DNA of 64,000 bases from Halorussus marinus. GTDB lineage: Archaea > Halobacteriota > Halobacteria > Halobacteriales > Haladaptataceae. Location of the stretch: positions 372,001 to 436,000 of the forward strand of contig NZ_SBIV01000002.1 of the NCBI RefSeq assembly GCF_004765795.1, given 5' to 3'. Below are positions 1-9,922 of the stretch, one piece after another. Below the pieces are notes generated by a model. That model had not been told where the DNA came from and ran no database searches. It saw only the letters and a list, made by a program, of their open reading frames with translations. Position 1 is the stretch's first letter. Every line of letters starts with the position of its first letter. The position numbers and the translations under genes are program-made.

Positions 1-673
1 CGACCTCCTCGTGGAGATCGGTCTCGGCGACCGACCCGTCGATGGCCGCGCTCAGATCGCCCTCCTTGGCGCGGTCGGCCGAGTCGGCGAACGTGGTCAC
101 GAGCCGCCGGAGGTTCTCCGACCGGCGTTCGAGGTCGGCGGTCGTGGCCTCGAGCTCGTCGGTGTACTCCCGGAGGCTCCGGGCCATCCGATCGAGCGAG
201 TCGCCGAACTCGCCGGGGACCTCGCGATCGAGCGCGGGGTCGTCGAACTCCTGGCGCGAGAGGGCGTCGGCCTGATCGGCGACCACGCCGAGGTACGCCC
301 GCATGTCCCCGAACGACGCGACGAGGTTGCCCAGTTCGTCGGTCTGGTCGGTCTCGGGCGGCGACGCGTCGAGGTCGCCCGCGGCGATGGCGTCGGCGCT
401 CCGTTCGAGCGCCAGAATGGGTTCGACGAGGTCCCGGCGCGCGATGAGCACGGTGTTCACGAACGCGACGACCGACAGCCCGAGCAACACGAGCGTGACC
501 GCGATCCGACCGATTCCGGCCGCGAAAAACGGGAGCACCGCGAGCGCCGCCGAGACGGCGAACTGGAGGGCGATCGCCGCGACGACCTTGCGCTCGACCG
601 ACTCGCTCACCCCGAGCCTGTCCATCGACCACCACAGCGCGTCCTCGTATCGCGACCGAACTGACCGTTCCAT
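1..673 (-). CDS. Methyl-accepting chemotaxis/halobacterial transducer (Htr) N-terminal part; runs off the left edge of the window
   Basis: Manual translation from ATG 673: MERSVRSRYEDALWWSMDRLG..., two adjacent TM helices, then HAMP-like segments (EPILALERSADAIAAGDLD...DELGNLVASFGDM; GEFGDSLDRM; ADRAKEGDLSA). Not in the ORF track because its stop lies outside the window. Confidence 0.8.
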   Translation of the reverse strand, partial: MERSVRSRYEDALWWSMDRLGVSESVERKVVAAIALQFAVSAALAVLPFFAAGIGRIAVTLVLLGLSVVAFVNTVLIARRDLVEPILALERSADAIAAGDLDASPPETDQTDELGNLVASFGDMRAYLGVVADQADALSRQEFDDPALDREVPGEFGDSLDRMARSLREYTDELEATTADLERRSENLRRLVTTFADSADRAKEGDLSAAIDGSVAETDLHEEV

Positions 674-757
674 GGCCCGAACAAGTCAGCGACGGTACTT
701 AAAATACACTCCGGCTTCTTACGGGCTGAAAACCGCGCCGGGCCCGCCGTGAACCGC

Positions 758-2554
758 TCACTCCCGAACGAGCGTCTCCATCTCGTCGAGGTACTCGTCG
801 TACACGTCGAGCGCGCGCTGGATCGGTTCGGGCGAGGACATGTCGACGCCAGCGATGTCGAGGAGATCGAGGGGGTACTCCCGCGAGCCGCTCTCGAGGA
901 ATCGGCGGTAGTCCTCGACCGCGGGCTCGCCCTCTTCGAGGATCCGGTCGGCGAGCGCGACCGCCGCGCTGATCCCCGTGCTGTACTGGTAGACGTAGTA
1001 CGCCCGGTAGAAGTGCGGGATCCGGGACCACTCGCGGGCGATCCGGTCGTCGACGACCGCCGGCTCGTAGAACTCGGCCTTGAGGTCGCCGTAGATCTCG
1101 TCGGCCTTCTGGGGCGTGAGGGCGCCGCCCTCCTCGACGACCTGGTGGGCCTGGTGCTCGAAGTCCGCGAACATGGTCTGGCGGTACAGCGTCGACCGGA
1201 AGCGTTCGAGATACTCGTTGAGGACGTGGCGCCGGAACGTCGGGTCCTCGACGGTTTCGAGCAGGTGGTGGGTCAGCAGGGTCTCGTTGACCGTGCTCGC
1301 GACCTCGGCCACGAAGATCTCGTAGTCGCCGTAGACGTACGGCTGGGCCTCGCTGGTGAGCTGGGAGTGTAGCGAGTGGCCGAGTTCGTGGGCCAGCGTG
1401 AACATCGAGGAGATGTCGTCCTGCCAGTTCATCAGGATGAACGGCTGGGTGTCGTACGTGCCCGCGCTGTACGCCCCCGAGCGCTTGTTCTGGGTCTCGT
1501 AGACGTCGACCCACCGAGAGTCGAGGCCGTCGGCGACCCGGCTCTGGTAGTCGTCGCCGAGCGCGTCGAGCGCGGTGACGACGTGGTCGGTCGCCTCCTC
1601 GTAGGAGACCTCGGGAGTCTCGGTCTCGGTCATCGGCATGTAGACGTCCCACATCCGGAGCTCGTCGACGCCGAGGCTCGCGCGCTTGAGTTCGGCGTGG
1701 CGGTGGAGCTTGTCGAGGTTGTCCCGGACCGTGTCGACGAGGTTGTCGTACACCGCCGCGGGGACGTTGGGACCGTCCATGGCGGCCTCGCGGGCGGTGT
1801 CGTACCCGCGGATGCGCGCGAGCTTCACGTCGGCTTTCACGCTGTTCTCGTAGGCGGTGCCGATGGTGTTGTGCATCTCGCCCAGCCGGTCGAAAAAGCC
1901 CTCGTAGACGGTCTCGCGGAACTCCCGGTCGGGGTTTTTCAACAGGGTCGTGAGGTTGTCCTGCGTGATCTCGACCGCCTCGCCGTCGGGCTTCTCGACG
2001 GTGGGAAACTCCATGTCTGCGTTCAGCAGCATGCCGTAGATGTCGCCGGCCGCGCCGGTCACCTCGCCGAGTTCGGCCAGCACGTTCTCGACCTCGGCCG
2101 ACCGGGTGTGGTCGGACATCCGGATCACGTCGTCGAGGTAGTGGTCGTACTCGCCGAGCCCGTCGGTCGACTCGACCATCGCGTCGAGTTCCTCGCGGTC
2201 GAGCGACTGGATCTCGGGCTCGATGAAGCTCGCGGCGCTGGAGGCGTCAGACGACAGCGACATCCCGCGGGTCGCGAGCCCCTGGTAGTGTTGGTCGGCG
2301 GTGTTCTCGTCCTTTCGCATCCGGGCGTAGGAGACGATCTGGCTCACCTCGCGCATGATCTCGTCGCGGAGTTCCAGCACGGCCAGCAGGGTCTCGCCGT
2401 CCTCGGTGGCCCGCCCCTCGTAGTCCCGGAGGTCGTCGAGGCGCTCGGAGACGGCCTCGTAGGCGTCCTCCCACTCGTCGTCGGTCGCGTAGATGCTCTC
2501 CAAGTCCCACTTGTACTCGGCGTCGATCTCCGACCGTTCGGGAACCGAACTCAT
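758..2554 (-). CDS. pepF: Oligoendopeptidase F (M3B)
   Basis: N-terminal RSEIDAEYKWDLESIY; KRSGAYS; TLAHELGH zinc motif; IFVAEVAST; IPHFY. Confidence 0.95.
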   Translation of the reverse strand: MSSVPERSEIDAEYKWDLESIYATDDEWEDAYEAVSERLDDLRDYEGRATEDGETLLAVLELRDEIMREVSQIVSYARMRKDENTADQHYQGLATRGMSLSSDASSAASFIEPEIQSLDREELDAMVESTDGLGEYDHYLDDVIRMSDHTRSAEVENVLAELGEVTGAAGDIYGMLLNADMEFPTVEKPDGEAVEITQDNLTTLLKNPDREFRETVYEGFFDRLGEMHNTIGTAYENSVKADVKLARIRGYDTAREAAMDGPNVPAAVYDNLVDTVRDNLDKLHRHAELKRASLGVDELRMWDVYMPMTETETPEVSYEEATDHVVTALDALGDDYQSRVADGLDSRWVDVYETQNKRSGAYSAGTYDTQPFILMNWQDDISSMFTLAHELGHSLHSQLTSEAQPYVYGDYEIFVAEVASTVNETLLTHHLLETVEDPTFRRHVLNEYLERFRSTLYRQTMFADFEHQAHQVVEEGGALTPQKADEIYGDLKAEFYEPAVVDDRIAREWSRIPHFYRAYYVYQYSTGISAAVALADRILEEGEPAVEDYRRFLESGSREYPLDLLDIAGVDMSSPEPIQRALDVYDEYLDEMETLVRE

Positions 2555-2697
2555 ACCACCCGATAGGGAAACGCGGAATGTAAGCTCTTGTCATTTCGAA
2601 CCGCAACCGGGCGACGACTCGCCGCGATCGGGTCGGCCGAGCGTGCACGCGCCGACCCCGGGCCACCTTTTTGGGCCGTCGGAGCAACCACGCGTCC

Positions 2698-4014
2698 ATG
2701 AGCGACACCGACCGCCTGCTCGGCGAGGCGTGGCGCGACCCCTACCCGTGGGAGTTTCTGACTCGACTGACCGAGATCGAGAACCGAATGGGGGGCCACC
2801 CCGGCGAGCGGCGGGCCGCCGACCTGGTGGCCGAGGGGTTCGAGCGCGCCGGCGCGCGCGACGTCTCGGTCGACGCCTTCGAGATGCACCGGTGGACCCG
2901 CGGGGACGCCGAGCTCGCGGTCACCGACCCGGTCGAGCGCTCGTTCGAGACCGTCGCACTGCCGTACTCGCCGGCCGGGGAGGTCCGGGGCGAACTCGTC
3001 GACGTGGGCCACGGCACGCCCGCGGAGATAGACGACTGCGACGTCGAGGGGAAGATCGCGGTCGCCTCGACCACCACGCCGGAGGGATCGCGGTTCGTCC
3101 ACCGGATGGAGACGTTCGGCCACGCGGCGGCCGCGGGCGCGAAGGCGTTCGTCTTCCACAATCACAAGCCCGGCCAGCTTCCGCCGACCGGGTCGTTGAC
3201 GTTCGACGCCGAGGCCGCGATCCCCGGCGTCGGCGTGAGCAAGGAGACCGGCGCGTGGCTGACCGACTACGCCGAGCGGGGCGCGACCGCGGCGCTCCGG
3301 GTCGAGGCGATCACCGAGCGCGGGACCAGCCACAACGCGCAGGCCGTGCTCGGACCCGAAACCGACGAGGAGATCGTCGTGGTCGGCCACCACGACGCCC
3401 ACGACATCGCCGAGGGCGCGCTCGACAACGGCTGTGGCATCACCGTGGTCGTCGCCGCCGCCAACCTCCTCGCGGAGATGGACCTCGACGCCCGGGTTCG
3501 CGTCGCCGGCGTCGGCTGCGAGGAGACCGGACTGCTGGGCGCGGAGGCGCTGGCCGACGCCCTCGATCTCGAAACCGTCCGCGCGGTGGTGAACGTCGAC
3601 GGCGCGGGGCGGTTCCGCGACCTGCTGGCGTACACCCACGGCTCCGAGGCGACGGGCGAGGTGGCCGCGCGGGTCGCCGAGGCGACCGATCGGCCGATCG
3701 ACACCACCGATCGGGTTCACCCGTTCAGCGACCACTGGCCGTTCCTGAAGCGCGGCGTCCCGGCGCTCCAGCTCCACAGCAAGTCCGGCGAGCGCGGCCG
3801 CGGGTGGGGCCACACCCACGCCGACACCCGCGACAAGGTCGACGACCGGAACCTCCGGGAACACGCCATGCTCGCCGCGCTCGTGATCCGTGAACTCGCC
3901 GCGACCGACGACCTGCCCCGCCAGCCCGCCGAGGCGGTCGCGAACCGCCTCCGCGAGGACGACTACGAGGAGGGGATGCGAGCCGCCGGTATCTGGCCCG
4001 ACGGGTGGGATTGA
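2698..4014 (+). CDS. M28 family aminopeptidase with PA domain
   Basis: GHHDAH, GALDNGCG, CEETGLLG, NVDG, SDH, HTHADT motifs; ATG 2698; divergent from pepF. Confidence 0.88.
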   Translation: MSDTDRLLGEAWRDPYPWEFLTRLTEIENRMGGHPGERRAADLVAEGFERAGARDVSVDAFEMHRWTRGDAELAVTDPVERSFETVALPYSPAGEVRGELVDVGHGTPAEIDDCDVEGKIAVASTTTPEGSRFVHRMETFGHAAAAGAKAFVFHNHKPGQLPPTGSLTFDAEAAIPGVGVSKETGAWLTDYAERGATAALRVEAITERGTSHNAQAVLGPETDEEIVVVGHHDAHDIAEGALDNGCGITVVVAAANLLAEMDLDARVRVAGVGCEETGLLGAEALADALDLETVRAVVNVDGAGRFRDLLAYTHGSEATGEVAARVAEATDRPIDTTDRVHPFSDHWPFLKRGVPALQLHSKSGERGRGWGHTHADTRDKVDDRNLREHAMLAALVIRELAATDDLPRQPAEAVANRLREDDYEEGMRAAGIWPDGWD

Positions 4015-4395
4015 GCGGTCCCGAGGGGCGACACCCTCCCCGGAGGGGCTCGGTCTCGACGACTTCGGCCTCCTCGAGGTCGAACTCCTCGCGGACCGTC
4101 CGGGCGTGGCCGTCGCAGTAGTACTCCTCGCAGGTCTGCCCGCGGGGGTACGCGATGCGGAGTCGGCGGGTCGTCGTCCGCTCGCAGTCGGCGGCCATCT
4201 CGCAGTCGACTATCGGTGCGAGTAGGGTCCGAAAATCGGTAGGTCTGACGGCGAACGAGTTCGGGGGTTCAGACGTCACTCCGGCCGGCGATCGAACTCC
4301 GCGGCGACGATTCCGGCGACGACTCGCTTGGTGGCCTCCCAGAACGTTCGATCGGAGACCACACCGGCCACTGTCCCGGGGCCGAAAAACGGGGT

Positions 4396-5193
4396 TCAAC
4401 CGTCGATTCGTCGGGCGACCGCGGCCGCGACCCGCGCGGCCGTCGACCGCTCCTCGCGCAAGTCCTCGAAGACCTCGCGGGCGCTCGCGGCGGCGGTTGC
4501 GTCGGGCCGAAACGACAGCGACGGGTACGACGCGTCGGTCAACACGAGCGGGAACGCCGGCGCGGGCGCGACGCCGTCGGGCCCCTGAATCGGCTCGGCG
4601 CCGAGCACGCGCTCGACTTTCGACGCCGGGGCGTCGCCGGTCGCGACGGCCCGCACCAGCGAGACCACGCGCCGGACCATCTCGCGGACGAACCCGCCCG
4701 CCCGGAGCGCGAAGACCAGATACGCGCCGTCGCGACGAACCTCGCCACGTAGCTCCCGGACGGTGTTCGCCTCGTCGGACGTGAGGTTGTGGAAGTCGTG
4801 CTCGCCGCGGAGATCGTCGAGCGCGGCCCGCGCCCGGTCGAGGTCGGCGTCGGGGGCGTAACAGTGATACTCGTACGCCCGGGACGCCGCGTGGTGGGTC
4901 GCGTGGAAGTCCGGCGGGGCGTCGGCGCTCGCCCACGCACGGATCGACCCCGGGAGTTCGCTGTTGAACGCCGCCGGCGTCAGCCAGTCGGGGCACTCGA
5001 ACGCGACGGTCTGGGCCACCGCCGAGACCCCGGCGTCGGTCCGGCCCGCCGCGGCGTACCCGTCGGGCTTGCGGTCGGCGACCCCGAGATCCCGGAGGGC
5101 GTCGAACAGTCTGTCCTCCACCGTGGGAACGTCGGGCTGGCGCTGGAAGCCGTGGAACGGCCGGCCGTCGTAGGCGACGCGGAACGCGCGCAT
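4396..5193 (-). CDS. truA: tRNA pseudouridine(38-40) synthase
   Basis: MRAFRVAYDG..FHGFQRQP; AGRTDAGVSA catalytic motif; GEHDFHNL; FVREMVRRVV. Confidence 0.93.
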   Translation of the reverse strand: MRAFRVAYDGRPFHGFQRQPDVPTVEDRLFDALRDLGVADRKPDGYAAAGRTDAGVSAVAQTVAFECPDWLTPAAFNSELPGSIRAWASADAPPDFHATHHAASRAYEYHCYAPDADLDRARAALDDLRGEHDFHNLTSDEANTVRELRGEVRRDGAYLVFALRAGGFVREMVRRVVSLVRAVATGDAPASKVERVLGAEPIQGPDGVAPAPAFPLVLTDASYPSLSFRPDATAAASAREVFEDLREERSTAARVAAAVARRIDG

Positions 5194-5428
5194 CGAATCG
5201 GGATCGGTCGCCGAGGAACTTAAGTCGGGGGAACGGACGCGGCGGCGTCGGTGCGAGCGCTTAAATCGGAAGCCGGGGCCAACCCCGGGCGTGATCTGAG
5301 CGTCGCCGCGGCGGGGCCTCGCGGTCGCGGGGCACACCCCGCCGCGGGCAGTCTCGGTTCGGTCGTGCCGTCAGCTCGCCACTCGCACCCCCGGAGCGAC
5401 GGCGCTCGTCGCGGTCGGCGCCGGAACC

Positions 5429-5803
5429 TCACTCCCGCTCGAACACTCGCTCGCGCGTCTCGCCCGCCTCGACGCCCTCGGTCTCGATGAGCCGTTCGAG
5501 CCGTCGCTCGAACTCCTCGTCGGAGATATCGCCGCGGGCGTATCTGTCCCGGAGGCGTTCGACGGGATCGACCGCGTCCGCGTCGGGCGCTCGATCGCCA
5601 GCCTCGCCAGCGCTCGCCACGAACGGCAGCGAGTCCCCGAGGATCGCGACCAGCGGCACCACGATGAAGAACCCGAACACGAAGATAACCGGCGTCAGTC
5701 CCACCAGCCCCAGCACCGCGGTCAGCGCGGTCAGGCCGAACGTCAGCACCGCCAGCACGCCAAGGAGCCGCTTTCGCTCGAACGTCGTCCCGCGGTCGTT
5801 CAT
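5429..5803 (-). CDS. SHOCT-domain membrane protein
   Basis: Two TM helices plus C-terminal DPVERLRDRYARGDISDEEFERRLERL. Confidence 0.85.
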   Translation of the reverse strand: MNDRGTTFERKRLLGVLAVLTFGLTALTAVLGLVGLTPVIFVFGFFIVVPLVAILGDSLPFVASAGEAGDRAPDADAVDPVERLRDRYARGDISDEEFERRLERLIETEGVEAGETRERVFERE

Positions 5804-5846
5804 ATCTGCGGGTACGGGAGGGGGTGTCAAAAAAGTTGACTGTGCG

Positions 5847-7154
5847 CTACTCGAAGTCCTCGTAGGTCGGCCGCGAGACGCCTTCGGGCGGGAACGCCTC
5901 GACGGGCGTCTGGGTCTGGTCGCCCGACGCCATGTCCTTGACCGTCACGTTCCCGTCGGCGAGGTCCTGCTCGCCGACGATGACGACCGTCTCGGCGTTG
6001 ATCGAGTCGGCGTAGTCGAGCTGGGCGCCGAAGCTCCGGCCCGCCACGTCGGTCTCGACGACGTGACCGGCCTCGCGGAGCTCACGGGTGATGTCGGCGG
6101 CCACCGCGCGGGTGTCGCCGACCTGCAACACGTAGTAGTCGGTCGCGAGCGCCTCGTCGGGCCAGACGCCCGCCCGCTGGAGCAACAGCGTCAGCGTCGC
6201 GTCGCCGACCGCGAATCCGACCGCGGGCGTAGGCTGGCCGCCGAACCCCTCGATGAGGTCGTCGTACCGGCCGCCGCCGAAGATCGAGCGGTTCACGTCG
6301 CCGGTCGCGTCGAAACACTCGAAGACGACGCCGGTGTAGTAGTCGAGGCCGCGGGCGGTCTCCAGCGAGAGCGCGCAGTACTCGCGCGCGCCGAAGTCGG
6401 CGGTCGCTTCGAGCACCTCGGTGAGGTTGTCGACGGCGTGTTCGACTCGGTCGGTCTCGGCGAACGCGACCAGCTCGTCGAGGTCGTCTTCGGGGGTATC
6501 GAGCAGGTCGTCGAACGTCTCGGCCTGCTCGTAGGAGAGCCCCGCGTCGGTCAACAGGCCGTAGAACTCCGCCCGGTCGACTTTCTGGCTCTTGTCGACC
6601 GCCCGGATCGCGGCGTCGACGTCGACGTCGGCGTCGAACGCGTCGAGGAGCCCGCCGAGGATGTCGCGGTGACTGACCCGGAACTCGAAGTCCTCGGCGG
6701 TGAGTCCCAGCCCGGTCAGCGCGTCGGCCGCGCAGGCCAGCAACTCCGCGTCTGCCTCGGGCGCCGAGGAGCCGAAGATGTCGACGTTGGTCTGGTAGAA
6801 CTCCCGTTTGCGGCCGCTCTGGGGCTCCTCGTACCGCCAGAACGGTCGCGTCGAGAACCACTTGATCGGCTTGCTGAGCTCTTGCTGTTTCGCCACGACC
6901 ATCCGGGCGACCGTCGGAGTGAGCTCGGGCGTCAGCGCCACGTCGCGGCCGCCCTGATCCTCGAAGCTGTAGAGTTCGTCGACGATCTCCTCGCCGCTCT
7001 TGTCGACGTACATTTCGGTCCGCTCCAGCGCGGGCGTGTCGATCTCCCGAAAGCCGTAGCGTCGGGCGGTGTCCTCGACGGCGTCGAACGTCTCGCGGCG
7101 CGCGCCCATCTCCGCGGGGTAGAAGTCCCGGAAGCCCTTGATTCGGTCGTACAT
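5847..7154 (-). CDS. hisS: Histidyl-tRNA synthetase
   Basis: MYDRIKGFRDFYP; WRYEEPQSGRKREFYQ motif 2; ARGLDYYTG; GGGRYDDL; anticodon-binding domain. Confidence 0.97.
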   Translation of the reverse strand: MYDRIKGFRDFYPAEMGARRETFDAVEDTARRYGFREIDTPALERTEMYVDKSGEEIVDELYSFEDQGGRDVALTPELTPTVARMVVAKQQELSKPIKWFSTRPFWRYEEPQSGRKREFYQTNVDIFGSSAPEADAELLACAADALTGLGLTAEDFEFRVSHRDILGGLLDAFDADVDVDAAIRAVDKSQKVDRAEFYGLLTDAGLSYEQAETFDDLLDTPEDDLDELVAFAETDRVEHAVDNLTEVLEATADFGAREYCALSLETARGLDYYTGVVFECFDATGDVNRSIFGGGRYDDLIEGFGGQPTPAVGFAVGDATLTLLLQRAGVWPDEALATDYYVLQVGDTRAVAADITRELREAGHVVETDVAGRSFGAQLDYADSINAETVVIVGEQDLADGNVTVKDMASGDQTQTPVEAFPPEGVSRPTYEDFE

Positions 7155-7189
7155 GGGGAGACGTTGGGCGAGCGCGCGCTTGAAACCTT

Positions 7190-7816
7190 TTACTTCGCGT
7201 CCGGCGCCCCCGACTCGGCGTCGGCGCGCGCGAACCCCTCGACGTACGTCTGGGTGTGGTCGGGGAACACCTCGGCGACCGCCGCCTCGCCGTGTTCGCG
7301 GGCCAGCAACGCCCGGAGTTCGTCCTCGTAGTCGGCCTTCGGGATCTGGTCGCTCGGGCCCGTCCGGACGTCGAGGGTCTCCTCGACGAGCGCGTCGACC
7401 GCGCCCCGTCCGAACCCGGCCAGCGGGACGATGTAGTCGACGCCGTGGCGGTCCTCGAGGCTCTGGGCCTGCGCCCGCGAGACCGACGGCACTCTGTCGT
7501 CCCGGCGGGTGCCGTCGGCCACCGCGTCGAAGCCCAGTTCGGCGACGGCTTCGAGGGCGTGGAGGTGAACCCGCTGGATCCCGTTCCGGGGGTAGCCGTC
7601 GGCGACCATCGTCTCGACCGCGTCGTCGGCCACCTCGGCGTCGAGCTCGACTGTCTCGAACGCGAAGCCGGTCCGCTCGGCGGTCGCACGCGCGTGTTCC
7701 CACGCGTCGGTGATGCCGAAGCTCGCGGTGACGAGCGTGACGTCGTAGAAGTCTTCGAGCAAGAGCGCCGCGAGCGTCGAGTCTTTCCCGCCGCTGTAGA
7801 GCAGACCGAGCTCCAT
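7190..7816 (-). CDS. PP-loop (adenine nucleotide alpha hydrolase-like) protein of the rps19e cluster
   Basis: LLYSGGKDS PP-loop; DGTRRDDRVP; stop of upstream gene immediately adjacent. Confidence 0.85.
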   Translation of the reverse strand: MELGLLYSGGKDSTLAALLLEDFYDVTLVTASFGITDAWEHARATAERTGFAFETVELDAEVADDAVETMVADGYPRNGIQRVHLHALEAVAELGFDAVADGTRRDDRVPSVSRAQAQSLEDRHGVDYIVPLAGFGRGAVDALVEETLDVRTGPSDQIPKADYEDELRALLAREHGEAAVAEVFPDHTQTYVEGFARADAESGAPDAK

Positions 7817-7817
7817 C

Positions 7818-8159
7818 TCAGCGCCGGCGGATGTTGAAGCTCTTGGAGTCGGGCTTGAGCTCGCGGAGGAGCTCTTTCATCTTGTCCTCGTCGATCTTGC
7901 CGTTGACTCGACCGCTCTGGGCCAGCGCGAGGACCTGTCGCTCGACCTGCTCGGCGAAGTCGGGCTTGCTCATCCGGACGGAGTTGAGCCGCTTGCGCGC
8001 GCCGTCGGTGAGGTGCTTGCGCAACATCGCCTGCTTCTGGGCGTCGGCCTGCTGTTGGGCCTGCTGTTGGGCCTCCTCCTGGCCGCCCTGCTCTTGCATC
8101 TCCTGCATCTTCTTCTTGCGGAGTTCTTCGAGGCGCTCGTCGTCGGGCTGGTCGCTCAT
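7818..8159 (-). CDS. PDCD5-like DNA-binding protein
   Basis: [11 protein letters not shown]...[41 protein letters not shown]; follows rps19e. Confidence 0.92.
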   Translation of the reverse strand: MSDQPDDERLEELRKKKMQEMQEQGGQEEAQQQAQQQADAQKQAMLRKHLTDGARKRLNSVRMSKPDFAEQVERQVLALAQSGRVNGKIDEDKMKELLRELKPDSKSFNIRRR

Positions 8160-8285
8160 GACTACGTGTTCGTTATCGCGCACGGCCAAAAACCATTACG
8201 GACGGGGCGGCCCGTCGGGCGGGCCCGACGCGCGGCTCCCGGGAGCGGAAAACTGCGGCGGGGCGAACGCCCCGGCGAGAACGGA

Positions 8286-8741
8286 TTACGCGTAGCGTTC
8301 GAGCTCCGGCCGGTCGAGGTCCTGCATGACCTCGCCCGCGGCGTCGTCGAGGAGACTGCGACCGTCGCCGGTCACGATGCGGCCCGCGTTGCCCTCGGTG
8401 TCGACGAGGTCCTCGTCTTCGAGCTGCTGGAGGATCGTCCGGATGATGTTCCGACTGCCGTCGGTGCGGTGTTCGGGGGCGACCTGATAGCGGTTCGACC
8501 CGCCCTTCTTGTCGCCGTAGTGGGTCGAGAGGCGCTCGACGCCGATGGGACCGTCGGTGGCGACCTTCCGGAGGATGCTCGCGGCGCGGGTCGCCCAGAA
8601 GTCCTCCTGCTCGGGCGGGAGCTCGCGGCTCTCGCCGGTCTTGGCGTACTCTGCCCAGTCGGGTTCGTCGAGTCGATCCTCGAGCGTCGCGGCGACCGCG
8701 TCGATGAGGTCGTCCGCGGGAACGTCGTAGAGCGTCGTCAT
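8286..8741 (-). CDS. rps19e: 30S ribosomal protein S19e
   Basis: MTTLYDVPADDLI; PDWAEYAKTG..RELPP; WATRAASILRKV; GSRNIIRTILQQLE. Confidence 0.97.
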   Translation of the reverse strand: MTTLYDVPADDLIDAVAATLEDRLDEPDWAEYAKTGESRELPPEQEDFWATRAASILRKVATDGPIGVERLSTHYGDKKGGSNRYQVAPEHRTDGSRNIIRTILQQLEDEDLVDTEGNAGRIVTGDGRSLLDDAAGEVMQDLDRPELERYA

Positions 8742-8789
8742 ACCCACGAATTCCGTTCCGCGGCGTTTAAAGGCATCGTTAGCGGGTCG

Positions 8790-9830
8790 TCATTCGCCCA
8801 CGCCGTGTGCGTTGTTCGCTTCGAGCACCGCGGTCGCGGCGCCCCCGATCAAGACCGGGAGCCAGTAGGTCGCCCCGCGGTGGACGACCGCGGCCGCGCC
8901 GGCGGTGGCGGCGTCGACCCCCGTGATCGGCACGATGAGCACGACCAGCGTCGCCTCGACGCCGCCGAGCCCGCCGGGCAGGGGCGTCACGCTGGCGACG
9001 CTCGCGAGCGGGACGATGAAAAGCGCCGCCGCGAACGGCACCGCGTGACCGAGCGCGACCAGCGAGAGCCACAGCGACACCGACAGCAGGAGCCAGCCGA
9101 GCGCGGAGAACCCGAGCGCGACCCCGAGCTGGTGGCGGTCGCCCGCGACCCGTTCGAGCGCGGCGAAAAACCCCTCGATCCGGCGTCGCACGTCGGCCCG
9201 GTCGGGCGTCCCGACGATCGGGACGACCCGACCGACGAGCCGGCCCGCCGGGACGATGACCGAGACCGCGACCGCGGCGAGGCGGTCGCGCGCTCGCCAC
9301 CCGAGAAACGCCCCGAGCGGGACCGCGAGCGCGAGCGCGCCGAGCGCGAGCGCCGCGAGTTCGATCCGGCCGCCGACGGTGAACCGGGTCGCGTAGTAGC
9401 CGACCCCGACCAGCGCGAACGAGACCGACGGGACGAAGTTGAGGGTGTCGACGCTCGCGACCGCCGCCAGCCCGTTCTCGTACTCGATGCCGGTGGTGCG
9501 CGAGACCAGCAGCGCGCTGAACGGCTCGCCGCCGGCCTGTCCGAACGGGGTCACGTTGTTGGCGAACGTCGCGCCCGCGAACAGCATGAACGCCCGCGGG
9601 ACCGATATCTCGGTCGCGATGACCGCGAGCACGGTCCGGAGCGCGAGGCTCCAGGCCACCAGCCACGCGAGCGCGACCGCGACGACCGCCGCGACGATCG
9701 CGGGATCGGCACGGCCCAGCGCCGCCGCCACCTCGTCGAGGCCGACGAACGAGTACACCGCCACCAGCACGATCGCGCCCGCGACGAAGCCGACGCCGGC
9801 CGACCGCACGTCGCCGAGGTTGACCTCCAT
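8790..9830 (-). CDS. Lysylphosphatidylglycerol synthase TM-domain / flippase-like membrane protein (UPF0104)
   Basis: FANNVTPFGQAGGEP and TPLPGGLGGVE motifs, HRGATYW, multiple TM helices. Confidence 0.88.
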   Translation of the reverse strand: MEVNLGDVRSAGVGFVAGAIVLVAVYSFVGLDEVAAALGRADPAIVAAVVAVALAWLVAWSLALRTVLAVIATEISVPRAFMLFAGATFANNVTPFGQAGGEPFSALLVSRTTGIEYENGLAAVASVDTLNFVPSVSFALVGVGYYATRFTVGGRIELAALALGALALAVPLGAFLGWRARDRLAAVAVSVIVPAGRLVGRVVPIVGTPDRADVRRRIEGFFAALERVAGDRHQLGVALGFSALGWLLLSVSLWLSLVALGHAVPFAAALFIVPLASVASVTPLPGGLGGVEATLVVLIVPITGVDAATAGAAAVVHRGATYWLPVLIGGAATAVLEANNAHGVGE

Positions 9831-9922
9831 CGCCCCGACAGACGGCGGGTCGCGGCTTGAAGCCACCGAACGAAACCGTCGAGACCGGAGCACTTTCCCG
9901 GCGAGCGCGCGATTGGCGACCC

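Noticed and set aside
4277..4363. 28-codon minus-strand ORF MVSDRTFWEATKRVVAGIVAAEFDRRPE (GTG start)
   Set aside because: Too short, with no clear promoter; cannot be supported without a homology search
5200..5428. GC-rich intergenic stretch with possible hairpins between truA and the SHOCT gene
   Set aside because: Pairing is expected by chance at this GC level; no second copy or RNA motif seen
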